A stretch of 64,000 nt of DNA from Takakia lepidozioides (Eukaryota; Plantae; Bryophyta). Below the pieces are notes generated by a model that saw only the letters and a list, made by a program, of their open reading frames with translations, did not search any database and was not told the origin of the DNA. The translations under genes were made by a program, and so were the position numbers. Shown in pieces: positions 36,453-47,460 of the stretch. Every line of letters begins with the position of its first letter. The first letter of the stretch is position 1. The stretch is taken from contig CM060732.1 in the NCBI GenBank assembly GCA_030704615.1, forward strand, positions 66,092,001 through 66,156,000, in the 5' to 3' direction.

Positions 36453-38479
36453 AACCAGCCACACACATGAAAAGAAGTGCATCCATTCGAACGCCTGGGG
36501 GTGTAAATCTTATCTTTAGTACTTTGTGCAAAATGCAAAGTTGAATGGAATGTGACAGACTCTTTCTCTGTGACACACTGTTCGTGATCACAAATGCAGT
36601 ATAAGTAACAAAACAGCACAGACATGACAATACTACACGCCACATGAAACATGATCCAAGATCACGACAGTGAAGAATTGCGAACATATGTCCACAAATA
36701 GAGATATGTGGGTGCGGAGGCAAAGCTGCGTCTGTGTCCCTGACGTGTTCTCCAAGTTGCAGTTTAAGCAAGGCTCATGGGGGAGGTATCATTGTATCAT
36801 CCAGGCGTTGAAGACAACTTTGCATTTGAACACATGTTTTCAATCGCAGGCAGGATCCACCTTGAGAAAGAACCTTTGGAGCAACTCAGTTTATTTGGCC
36901 CACTGTGGAAGACATTCACTGGTTGCTTTGAGGTACTTACCCTCATGACAAGTTTGCATGGTTTATATGCAGTGGAAGCAATGTAACTGGCAGGTACTTT
37001 GCGCAGGGGGCATTGGAGCAATGAATTGCCAAAACTTGTCCGCGTGGTTGGTTCCTTAACACTAATTGTGCAGTCTTGCATGGATCACAGACAGACAGTA
37101 TCTGTTAGAGAGACATCGTACGTCTTCACAGGGTTATTCTGCAGGCCGTGCAGTTCCAAGTCCTCAAAAGAATGTGGAAAAAGCATTTCTTTCCAAGTAC
37201 TGGTCTCATTGGCAAGCTGATCATACAGGTAGAAGGTAGGCCCTGCTGAACGAGTATTTCAAAAGTGATGTTGTTTCATAAACTTGTCTTTTAGGGTGGG
37301 TTCAGGGATAAGTGATAGCCAGTCTGAAGAAAATCACATGCACACTTCATACTTAGACACAATATGGAAGGTTGACGTAGATCACCATTTCTTTGATCAC
37401 TGCAGGTACCATCCATGCCAAGTAGCCTAAATGACTTATCTGGCATGCCCTTATAAGTTCGTGACCTGGTGCTTACTAGGAATTCTGACCCACTTGCAAA
37501 CTTACATTGTTGGCTATGCAATCAACTCCCAGCATTCACAAGTTCTAATTTCACATTATCTTTCCTTCTTGAATACTTGTATGGGCAATCTGATGATCAT
37601 GGATTTGCTGTCAAGCAGACAGGCTGTGGTCCTGGGACAAGCAATACAGCCAGCCAGATGTCTATGGGCAGGGATGGCCTCACTGACTGAAATTGTAAAT
37701 CAAGCAAACTGTTTGCTGGGCACCTCTAGCACTGCGTAGTGGATCTGACCTTGTGTTGGTCCTTACCTTCGATAGCTGCCAAACTGGGGCATATACAAAT
37801 CATATCATGCTCTAAATCATCATGTTTAATGACTGCACATCTGAGAGAAGCAGTCATATTCAGCTCAAAAATATGTGCTTGTAGTCTTGCAAGTATAGTC
37901 TGCGCCATGGACAGCACGAAGACTCAAGCGTGAGGGGAATAAGGCAGGCGCGTAAAGTTCATGGAGAGTACGGCAGGTGTTGCATGCTCACTCTAAGTGT
38001 GCCCTCCAGCACCAATGGCTTCTCAATCAATACCTGGGGTCTTTGTGTGAGGAGGCATAGCCCGATGTATAGTCATGTGAAGTGTTGACTCTTGCTTACT
38101 GCAGGTACCAAGCAGGAAAGGCTGCATCATCTTCCTACATATCTGCACCAAGTGTACAACGTGAGTTGATAATTTTATAAGCACCAATTTTGCAGCCTTT
38201 TTCTTAAGGACAGTGACAGCAAAGGCAAACTCTGATCTGATCACAGTGGATATGAAAAACTATTTGGGGTGAGACTGTATTTGTTTCCCATAACCTTGTG
38301 GCCATAGACCCGCACGCAGTAGTTTGGACAGAACAAGAGGGAGTGTTTGAGGAGAGTGAGAGAGAGAGAGGGAGAGAAGGTGAGAACAACACGAACTGGA
38401 ACAGTGTGGCCTCACATGGATATTCTAGAATTATTCTCTATAAGATGTCGTTCTTATAATAAAAAAGAAATCCAAATTC

Positions 38480-39170
38480 GGTTTATCGTTTGATTGTCAC
38501 GTTCAACATACCCGTTCTGTTCAGGAGTGTAAGGGGCATTCTTATCATGAAGGATTCCCTTGCTATCAAGATATCCTTCAAATGTCTTTCCAACATATTT
38601 TCCATTCGCAAACAGTCAAGGCATCTTAGTCTGAATCTGTTGAAACACTTCTTTCTCCAAGATCTTGAAGCATTCAAATGCTTCTGACTTGTTACTGATA
38701 AAGAAAATGAAACGGATGCCATTAGCATTATCCTTAAAAAGAATGTAGTAAGATGTGCTGCCCATGGATTTTACAGATATGTCCACAAATATCTGAATGG
38801 AAAAACTCTCCAGGAGGAGTATGGGATCTCTCTTTCTCGGGGTCAGAAGAGTAGATTGATCGTGTTATTTTTCATATATACAACCCTCACAAAACTGACT
38901 GACATCTCCTTCCTGGTTAGTAATTATAAGACCTTCAACAATATTGTTGACCTTCATTTTCAGTATTGTCTTGACATTGACATGAGCCATGCTCTGATGC
39001 CATAACTATGCATTTGTTAACACGAGGTTTCCTTCCAATCTCTCTGGCTGTTGACGACAATGACGTGGCAACAGTAACATGGCAATGATGGCGATTTTCA
39101 AAATTCAGTTCTTTCTGGGGCAGCTTAGAAAATGACGACGAAATGCATTTTATGTGAAAAACCATAGGAA
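38480..39170 (-). mobile_element. Ty1/Copia remnant (GAG-pre-integrase + integrase core)
   Basis: Minus-strand peptides LWHQSMAHVNVKTILKM (~39000), PGEFFHSDICG, YYILFKD, KSEAFECFK and GILHDKNAPYTPEQNGYVERDNQT, with stops and frameshifts. Confidence 0.85.
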
Positions 39171-41004
39171 GAATATAGAACTTACACAGGCTTTCCTTTT
39201 ATTATTATTGTTTTTTTAAGAAAACACATGCATGTGATCTGATGGTACTTTTGCTGGATTTAAACGGCCTGGCTCGTATGACCCTATCATGTATGACCCT
39301 ATCATGTCAATGAACTAGATGACAATGGACACTTGGACCAACAGCACAGGCTACCCTAGTGTCAATGAAGATGACTCAACTTAGTGAGCTTCAAAATATT
39401 TCAATTTGACATAATGCCATAGTTACATGAAACGAAAAATATACTGGAACACCTTCCCTGCTCCTTCGCCCCCTTCCCTCCTGCTTTTAAATTGCTTGCC
39501 TGGCCATCCGCAAGGCACTTGCCTTGTCTAGGTCACCCTTAGGGCACATACATTATGTAACTTGTGGAAAGCAAGATGTGCATGGGTGTATGAGGGAAAG
39601 CCCCCCAGGGGCAGGCCAATTCTCTTTCAAACTTATTTTGATCTGCTTACTAAGGGGAGGAAAGCATGGTGGGTTGTTTGTGCAGCTATTCCCAAAACTT
39701 CAGAGCAACGGGGGAGGAAGCTGCTCAAAAATTTCCTCAACACTTGGGGTAAAAGCAACATGCTCGGAACCGGCCTACCCAACTCACATTTTCAATGGCA
39801 AGATTCCGTACCAGCTCATGGGAAGTCCTCTGGTGAAGGGGAGGAGTTAGACTTCAACTGGCGACACAAAAGAACCAGAGATGCAAAGTCCAAAACGCAC
39901 TAGAAGTTCTAACTTCAATCCTACCGCCTGCCAGGCCTTTTGCTGCTCATGCTGCTCACACTTGTTGACCTGCAGCTCTTCTTGGCCGCTTAAAACCCCT
40001 CTTAAGTGGCTAGAGCCCTCACTGGCAGCAATCCCCTTGCTAAATCTTGTCTATACATCTCCTTTCTATCCTACAGTGCATCCCCTTAGTCCCCTCCCTC
40101 ACCGACCTGACCTGACTCTACTGCTTCTCTTGCTTTGCTAAGCTAGCTGGTATGCTAGAGTCACGGGGAAGTTTCCCCCCAGTCAGCCTTCACGGCCCCA
40201 AAAACAGTGGTTATTTTTTCCACTGATGTCTCTATCCTTTATTAATTTGATTAAAAGGGCCTCCATCCCCTTTCTCTAATATATATATATATAGATTATG
40301 AATAAAACATCTTTCTTGGTTTGCTATTTCTAACTTTGAAAATCCTGAATTTATAATTATAAATATATATTATACATTTCATTATTTTTATTTTAAAGAA
40401 TGACCAGCTTTTACCACTGTTGTGCGGGTTTCTATGTTTTAGAAATCTTGGCGAGTCGGGTTTTGGAAGATTTCATGGTTGAGGAAACCCACTATTCACT
40501 AGACGTTAAAGAAACTTATCATGTTAGGATCCTACCACCATAGTTACATTAGCCAACTGGTTAATTTGGTTTTCAACTTATCACAATTTGTACATGTTTC
40601 AGTATTACTTTGTTTTTTATAAGAGTTGAAATCGGTGGAGTTCAACCCGGATTTCCACCCAAAAAATCAAAACTATTATGAGGCCAAAAGATCTTTTAAA
40701 ATAATACAAAATACAAAAATTATCAACATAATGCGTGAATAATGGAAGACAATAGGAATAATGTAAGAACTTAATGGAGGCATGTGATCTGACGGTGCGT
40801 TTGCCGGGGATCCGGCAGCCTGGGCTCCTCCGGCGGGCCCCTGTAAAAACCTCCCTCAGTATCACTATTAAATACTTACGAATCCATGTGGGTTTCATGT
40901 TGTGATGGGTAGCGTGATGGTAAGGTGATAACAATGCAGCTGACAAGGATCTGGGGTCAGTTCTTGATGGGAGGTTCTTATGGGTATTGATATTCCAATC
41001 CGTG

Positions 41005-41240
41005 TAATCTGTTGTAACCCCGGTCTCTCATGTAACTCTAGTTAGTCCATTTTATACTTACCCACATTTGAACTTAGTCAAATTTCGAGACCAAGTGTGG
41101 GTTACATCGACTGGAGTTACACTCCATTCTGTGTAACCCTGAGTGGAGTTACACACGTCGTTGTGTAACCGAGTGTAACCCCAAGTGGAGTTACACACAT
41201 CGGTGTGTAACCGAGTGTAACCCCGACTGGAGTTTACAGT
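41005..41240. repeat. Array of short direct/inverted GTGTAACC / GGAGTTACAC motifs (likely TE subterminal region)
   Basis: Repeated tggagttacac and gtgtaacc motifs in alternating orientation, including a ~44-bp direct duplication at ~41142-41225. Confidence 0.65.
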
Positions 41241-41854
41241 CCTTCAGTTCCATGTCACTCTCAAGAGAGGGTGGGGAAGATTTGACATGCCAAAAACCGA
41301 CGTGTCATCTTGTCAGAGGTTGAACGTGTGCATTAAGTTCTTACATTATTTTTATTATCTTCCGTGAATAACATATAGTAATATACAAATAACATATAAT
41401 AGAATATAACGATGTTGGACTACTGAAATGACCAATTTGAATATTGAAATGGGGAACTTCCATAATCAAATAATCAATGGAGCTATTCCAAGTCTATTAA
41501 AATTGGTTATTGCAACTTTATGGATAGTACATTTATTTGATTATTAGGACATTGTTCAATTATTTGCATTTAGCTCTACACACTCAATTTTATGTTCTCA
41601 TTTCTCTGGACCAGATTATACCTATTTGATTTATTTTTTCTACATATGTGTGTAGGTTGAATTGAATTGCCAGGCCGGTTGCACCTGGGTTGGTTTTATA
41701 GTGCCCACACCATTTGTAACTTCTAGAGATACATGGGACGATGTGGGCCCTACCGTTTATAAAGCTAGGGTTTCAGATTCTTGGACATTTCTACAATTAT
41801 GGAGAGGAGATGATCATGTAGGAAGTTGAAAGAAAGAGAAGAAAATCACGGAAA

Positions 41855-43203
41855 ATGAGTAAGAGTTTGGAAATCCCTTTGAAGTTGTTGCATGAGGCAG
41901 AAGGGCACATTGTTATTGTAGAATTCAAAAGTGGGGAGCACTACCGTGGCTTGCTCATCGAATGCGAAGATAATTGGAGTTGTCAACTTGAATCCGTCAC
42001 CTATACTGCTAAAGTGAGTGTTTGTGAAGTGGTGAATATTATTATACTGATTCAAGTATCATTTTCAAACATATCATTTTTTTTTAATCATTTTTGTGGT
42101 TGTGGTTGTGGACAAATGTTGTCCATTAAGAGAGGCTGAGTATGTTTCTTTGTTAATGCCTTCTTGGAATGGATAGAGCAAGTCGAGCGTTTAGAAATAG
42201 AGAAATATCAGGCAACAAGCTAAAGATGGTGTTGTGGATGTGAACAGGATGGAAGGGTTTCCCAATTGGAGCACGTCTTCCTTCGCGGTAGTAAAATTAG
42301 GTATGTGATTTTGATTTCCCCAACTCCACTGCAAGTTTTTAGAGAACTTTCATTAAACCATTTCTCTTAATGGATGTTGGAATCATCCTCACCGTTTTTT
42401 GACAAAGCATCAAATACGAGAAGAATGCTCTTTGTTTCATGTTGTTCTCGTCATCACAAACAAGCTTGGTCATTGCTTAGCCTTGTCCGGCCTTTGGAGC
42501 TACTTTGGAGGTGTCTAGAAATCAATCAAGCACCACCTAACAATAATGTATTTCCGTTCATTCTTGGTCCGGTTACAATAGAAAGGCTGATGCTAAGCTA
42601 GCTTTCGCCTCACTAGTTGTTGGTCTAGCTAGGTGTATGGAGGAAACTTATTCATTATTAAATTACTAGGGCTTCGCGATGCTCCGCACTACCAATGACG
42701 AATGGTAATTGAGTGCAGAATGGAGGAGAGAGATAGAACAGAAGAGTTATAAGATTTATGATTTTAACATAGCGTATATCAGAGCCGATATAATTGCTAT
42801 TAGAAGGAGTGAGGGAAATAAATTCACTAAGTTTTTATTAATGAAGAAATAATATAGCAAAAGTTTCTGAAATATACATCACAAAATGATTGGAACAAAC
42901 AAAAGGTCCTATCCACTGCTCTTTAAACTGTTGCAACTGAACTGGGCCTACCCTTCATGTCCCTCAACTAAGATGTCAGGTTTTTCCTGACCTACATTCC
43001 AGATCCTAGCCTCTTGTATCCTCTCTTTAATGTATGGAGCCTGGAGTTAGCTTCTTCATTATTAAATTATTTGTCTGTAGTAATAAAGCCACATTTTACC
43101 TGTTTTGGGTCTAAAGTGAGATTATGTAAAGTGTAGGTTCATGGTTATTCCAGATATGCTCAAGAATGTGCCCATGCTCAAGCCCCTTGATGCCAAGATC
43201 AAG
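41855..43203 (+). CDS. SmD3: Small nuclear ribonucleoprotein Sm D3-like (divergent; last exon not found)
   Basis: Exon 41855-42013 MSKSLEIPLKLLHEAEGHIVIVEFKSGEHYRG...CEDNWSCQLE; exon 42248-42300 DGRVSQLEHVFLRGSKIR; exon 43137-43203 FMVIPDMLKNVPMLKPLDAKIK. Junctions are GT-AG with matching phases. Confidence 0.85.
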
Positions 43204-45105
43204 GTATGTTTTACTACCTCCTCATTTAAAACCACAAAGACAATACATTCAAGTATAATTAAGAAATGATGTTAAATAGGTCTATATAATTATGGAGTAT
43301 AGGTGGACATAATACAAATTACTGATGATTGTGTTTTGTTTGACTACAATCAATTTGTCGACGTACTCAAATGGCTTTCTACTTTAAAGTCGCAGTATAT
43401 CTACCCATTTCTAGTCCTTTAATTTCCCAATGGCAAAGAATGAAAATATTTGAAGACAAAGTGTGCAATGATAAATGAGTGTTTATTAACTAACAATATA
43501 ATCATTGATACTCAGATCATTATGTATTGCTAGTATGGTATATTTAATCTTTCTTCTAGAAGAATAATATTGGTCAAGACAAATTTTTCTGTAGGATCCT
43601 GATCCCGAGAGCAAACTTTTATATATGTTGAGGCTCCTTCACCTTGCAAACTACGCTCAAAAAATGGCGATTGCCCAAAATAAACTTATTTGCGAAAATT
43701 GAGTGGCATCTAGCCCAATGGTTCTTACATTGCTTTTACATAATATATTGAAGTTAATATCTTCTCTCATCCTAGTATGTCACAAAAAAGTGGCATGATG
43801 ACACCGTGGAACTTATTGGAAATCATCGATTTATGTGGGGGAGATCCATTACAAGTTGAAAGTTGTAAAATGCCCATTCTTTGGAGGTGTTTTTGACTCA
43901 CTATTCTACTTTACTACAAATACATTTTGTATATAACTTCGCGAAGTCGCCAAATGAACTCCTCCAAAGCCAAGTTCATTAACATATAATTCTCAATCAA
44001 TAGCATGAGCTACTCTATCTCCCATCATTTGGCTAATCACCGCGTGTGTGAATGCCCTTTCAAGTTGGTGACTATTCTAGTCCAATTTCCAAATAGCAAC
44101 ATGAATGTCAACCATACGACATGAAAATTATTTAACCCATGTTAGTTGCAACGCTTAAGAATCATGTATCATATGTATACTCTATTATTCTACAAATTTG
44201 TCTTACTGTCTAAATTTCAACAAAGCTAGTTCCTCCCTAACCCCCCCTGCTCCCCACCGCTTCTTTAGTGCACTATCACAAAATGGGGGGAAGAAGTCAG
44301 ATTATTGGTACGTTGTGGATACAATTGTAATACTTATCCCTTTGTCTCTTGTAAGCTTGATTGTTTTATGTCGTGTGTTTGTTTTCGTGACACACGTATG
44401 TTTTATGGATGATTGAAAATTATTATAGATTACTCCAATACATGTCAAGAAGTGAGTGCGTCATAGTAGCGTGGGGTCCCCATGGTTGAGGGTGGGTTAC
44501 GCTTAACTTTGTGTCGGAGTGATGGATTTTTGTATCAAATTTTAGGAAATATCATTATAATGAAAGATTTTATGGTTACAATTTGTGTGTTGTGTAGTCG
44601 AGGACAACGATGTAGCTGTGTAACAATATGTATGCGTACGACATATCATTAGCTTCGGAGTGAAATTGAGTATAATGTTATCTCATTTGGTAAGGTAGTA
44701 TCAACAATACTGCAAGCCTATTTGCAGGGGGAGCCATCTCAAGTTACTTTATCATTTTCCTCAATTTGGATTCATGAACTAGGTCAAAAAATTTGATTAG
44801 AAACCCTTGATAACCCTACAAATTTATAGGTCCATCCAAGTTGAAAAACATCTCTAAGTCGTCGTTCTGCTTTGAATCTACGTATAATAAGTATGTTTAA
44901 TTGGAAACAAATCCTAATAGTGATGCCTATGTGGGTCATTTGACCTTACCAGTGGATCATTAAATATATGATTCATCTCCAACTAAAAATATATCGTTGG
45001 TGTAGCCAATGTTTCGCTCCAAAATCATTACGACCCGCCATTGTTCCAATGCAGCCAGCTGTTGGTTCGCGATATTTCATCGTTGTACAAAAATTACTTA
45101 ATTAA

Positions 45106-46508
45106 GGGCCAAGCCGCACCTTGGGGGTTAAGGAACCGAAGTAGTGAGGTAATAGGCACTTTGGATCGTCTGATTTATAGGGTAGAAGCGATTCAAGGAC
45201 ATTGTGACATGACATGACCTACCCGTGCTGCAAGACTCATTGTTCTAAGGAGCTTCTAGTGAGCGGATGAGCTCTGGGTGAGTGAGGAGGCCCAAGAAGG
45301 GGTATTGGGATGCAACAACAATGGCAGCAAACACAGAACAGTGATGCATTGTATAGTGCAAAAACACTATCTCAAATCATGCAAATCTGGTCAGCGCCGC
45401 ACGAAGACTTGCGTAGATCCGGTACAAGACTTTCAACTCACAGCTGTAGAGTTCAAACAACTTAGAAAGAAACTGCAAAAGTTCATGGGCAAATTCTGAA
45501 GGTACACGGTACAACACTTTCAACTTTAGTGGTGTAGAGGTCAAGCAATTAAATTATAGAAACTATAGAAGTTCATGGGCAATGTATAAAAGGTACCCGG
45601 TGCTACAAGACAGAAAGTAATAAACACAACACTTGCTCGGCACAATCGAACAACAAGGCAACATCAGCAGTTGTCCACCAGGCTAAGATTAGGTAGTGAA
45701 AAGACAGATGTATTCAAATTATTTAGCTCAGTGCAACAAGATTTGTCCTAAGAACACTCATCATTGCAAGCAGAAGCCAAAACCCTCAAACGGATGTTGA
45801 CCAGATAAATGGTATTACCTTGGGTCGCGCCAACTGAGGAGCGCTTGAAGTCTTTCTCCTATCGTGGCAACATCACCAAGTGCATTCTGAATTCTTCCAG
45901 CAACATCTCGGAGCCTTTCGTACCTATACTTCAGAACCTGTAGTTGGCATCAATTTGTGTCATACTCGGTTCTATCACAGTTGCCAAATAGCAACATTTT
46001 CAGCAAATGTGATTGCTAATCAGTAGTGTGCCGGCCCGAACTTTCCCCAGTAAACTACCTATGAAAAGAAACGCAAATGCGATAACATTTCACCATTTGG
46101 TAATAGGATACCTAACGAAAGATCTGTTAGATAAAGCCCTAGATGCTGCACAAGTTGGTGAAGATGTAAATGCTTCGAGCTCACCACCGTGTCTCCAGAT
46201 GCATTCACGGGAGAAATATTTTGAACCACAGTTCGTGGGGAACAAGCGCTTGAGGGGAACAAATGAACGTCGGTAATTGAACACACCGACATGCATCCAT
46301 ATCTGTCGAAGTTTCTCCCAAACAGACCTCAAATCGTACAGTTGATTTCCCCCATTTTGGGCTAGCGCCTCCAGTTAAGCTTGTTGGACAGGCCCCGACA
46401 AGGTCCTTACTTTGTCGTGACCACTCGGCTGTGTACGGCCCCAATTAAGCGAAATATGGCGGTTAGTAGACCATTTTTGCTCCTTAACCCCTAGGTATGG
46501 CTTGGCCC
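45106..46508. mobile_element. Non-autonomous PIF/Harbinger-type element (1403 bp) with captured gene fragment
   Basis: TIRs: GGGCCAAGCCGCACCTTGGGGGTTAAGGA (45106-45134) and the reverse complement of 46481-46508, GGGCCAAGCCATACCTAGGGGTTAAGGA. TAA lies on both sides (45103-45105 and 46509-46511), the canonical TSD. No transposase motif recognised. Confidence 0.85.
45590..45937 (-). pseudogene. Captured exons of an MCTP (FTIP1/QUIRKY family) PRT_C domain
   Basis: Exon 45937-45819 (cag|...|gtaata) reads VLKYRYERLRDVAGRIQNALGDVATIGERLQALLSWRDPR, matching the MCTP consensus RYDRLRSVAGRIQTVVGDLATQGERLQSLLSWRDPR. The next segment, from 45637, continues in phase as RASVVFITFCLVA. Confidence 0.85.
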
Positions 46509-46750
46509 TAATTTTGCCAAGCCACTATAACCTCTGTGGACCAGTGATATATGTTGACATATATACCCAGCCGGGTAATAATTAGGGTATCATACTATTG
46601 AGACCTACCACCCAAATTTTTTGCTGACCCGACTTGAGTTGGAAACGGCTAGGGCCATCTCGCTACGTACCCGCCCAAGCTGGAACCAGCGGGGGGAAAC
46701 TTGGCTTGCTACATGGAACCTTGACTTGAATCTTGGAAATCAGCCGGGTA

Positions 46751-47460
46751 CAGTCAACCCTGTTTCATTGTTACCTGCTTATGTGTTGTTTCACTCTAAA
46801 TGTTATGGTTTTGATACTTTGCCAAAAAAAACACTAGAAACCATGTCAAGAGTGTTGAATGGTTAATTGTTATTTTATCCTACTATTCATAAACGCACCT
46901 CGATATTAGTTAGATTCCATAAAGAGACGTCCCCAAAATAGAGCATCCTCATGCCTTTCTTTTTTCCCCTAAAGTTATGAACTGGAAATTAGTGATGGCT
47001 CTCATTAAAGGCCGCAACGGTGAGTTATGAGGATAGAAAATAGTGTATGACGGGATTTGGGACTGTGACTCCTACAAATGAGATCCTTGAAGAACAAGAT
47101 GATGAAGAATAAATTTTGCCAAAACAACCCATAGTGTCATTTTGTGAGGTTGAAGCTGTCATTGATACTTTACATTTTATGTCTTGCACATCAAAACACC
47201 GATACTAGTGCTTGTCTTGTGAAGTGTTTAGCAATCCAGAAGGAAGTGATTTTAGCTAGGCATTCTACTTGTCAACAAACCGACATTCTTTCATATTTTC
47301 AACTTACTCAATGAATAAATGTTATCTTTCATTGGCATTACCTGGTTTACTGTGCATCTTGTAAATGTAAATTCGCCCTGCATTCCGGTTATCTGTGATA
47401 CTTGACTATCTGTTAGAAAATTCATACTCTAGAGGCCTAACATTAAAGAAGGGTTGACTG
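46751..47460 (+). mobile_element. Tc1/mariner (pogo-like) deletion derivative, ~710 bp
   Basis: TA|CAGTCAACCCT... at the left end and ...AGGGTTGACTG at the right end (followed by CA rather than TA). Internal decayed acidic segment and QQTDILSYF-like tail resemble pogo/Tigger transposase C-termini. Confidence 0.6.

Larger units (their letters stand above)
28961..39361. mobile_element. Candidate Pack-CACTA element (non-autonomous, 10.4 kb) defined by 46-bp terminal inverted repeats
   Basis: Left 28961-29006 is CACTAGGGTAGCCTGTGCCGTTGGCCCAAGTGTCAAGTGTCATCTA. The reverse complement of 39316-39361 is CACTAGGGTAGCCTGTGCTGTTGGTCCAAGTGTCCATTGTCATCTA (42/46 identical). A subterminal CCCAAGTG array lies inside the left end. 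The flanking 3-mers (CTA vs TCA) do not match, so there is no TSD support. Confidence 0.55.

Noticed and set aside
37990-38025. GAGGHT motif suggesting ALG14
   Set aside because: An immediate stop follows and there is no further similarity; likely chance.
38571-38580. ATATCCTT as a second U12 donor
   Set aside because: It lies antisense within the Copia integrase remnant, with no host exon.
40905-40975. tRNA-like or SINE head (gggtagcgtgatggtaagg...)
   Set aside because: No cloverleaf and only a degenerate B box; cannot be supported by eye.
41005-41240. CRISPR-like palindromic repeats (GTGTAACC/GGAGTTACAC)
   Set aside because: There is no constant repeat-spacer period or unique spacers; it looks like a transposon end.
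46013-46444. ORFs inside the Harbinger element as a transposase
   Set aside because: No DDE or Myb/SANT motif is recognisable; the ORFs are short and overlapping.
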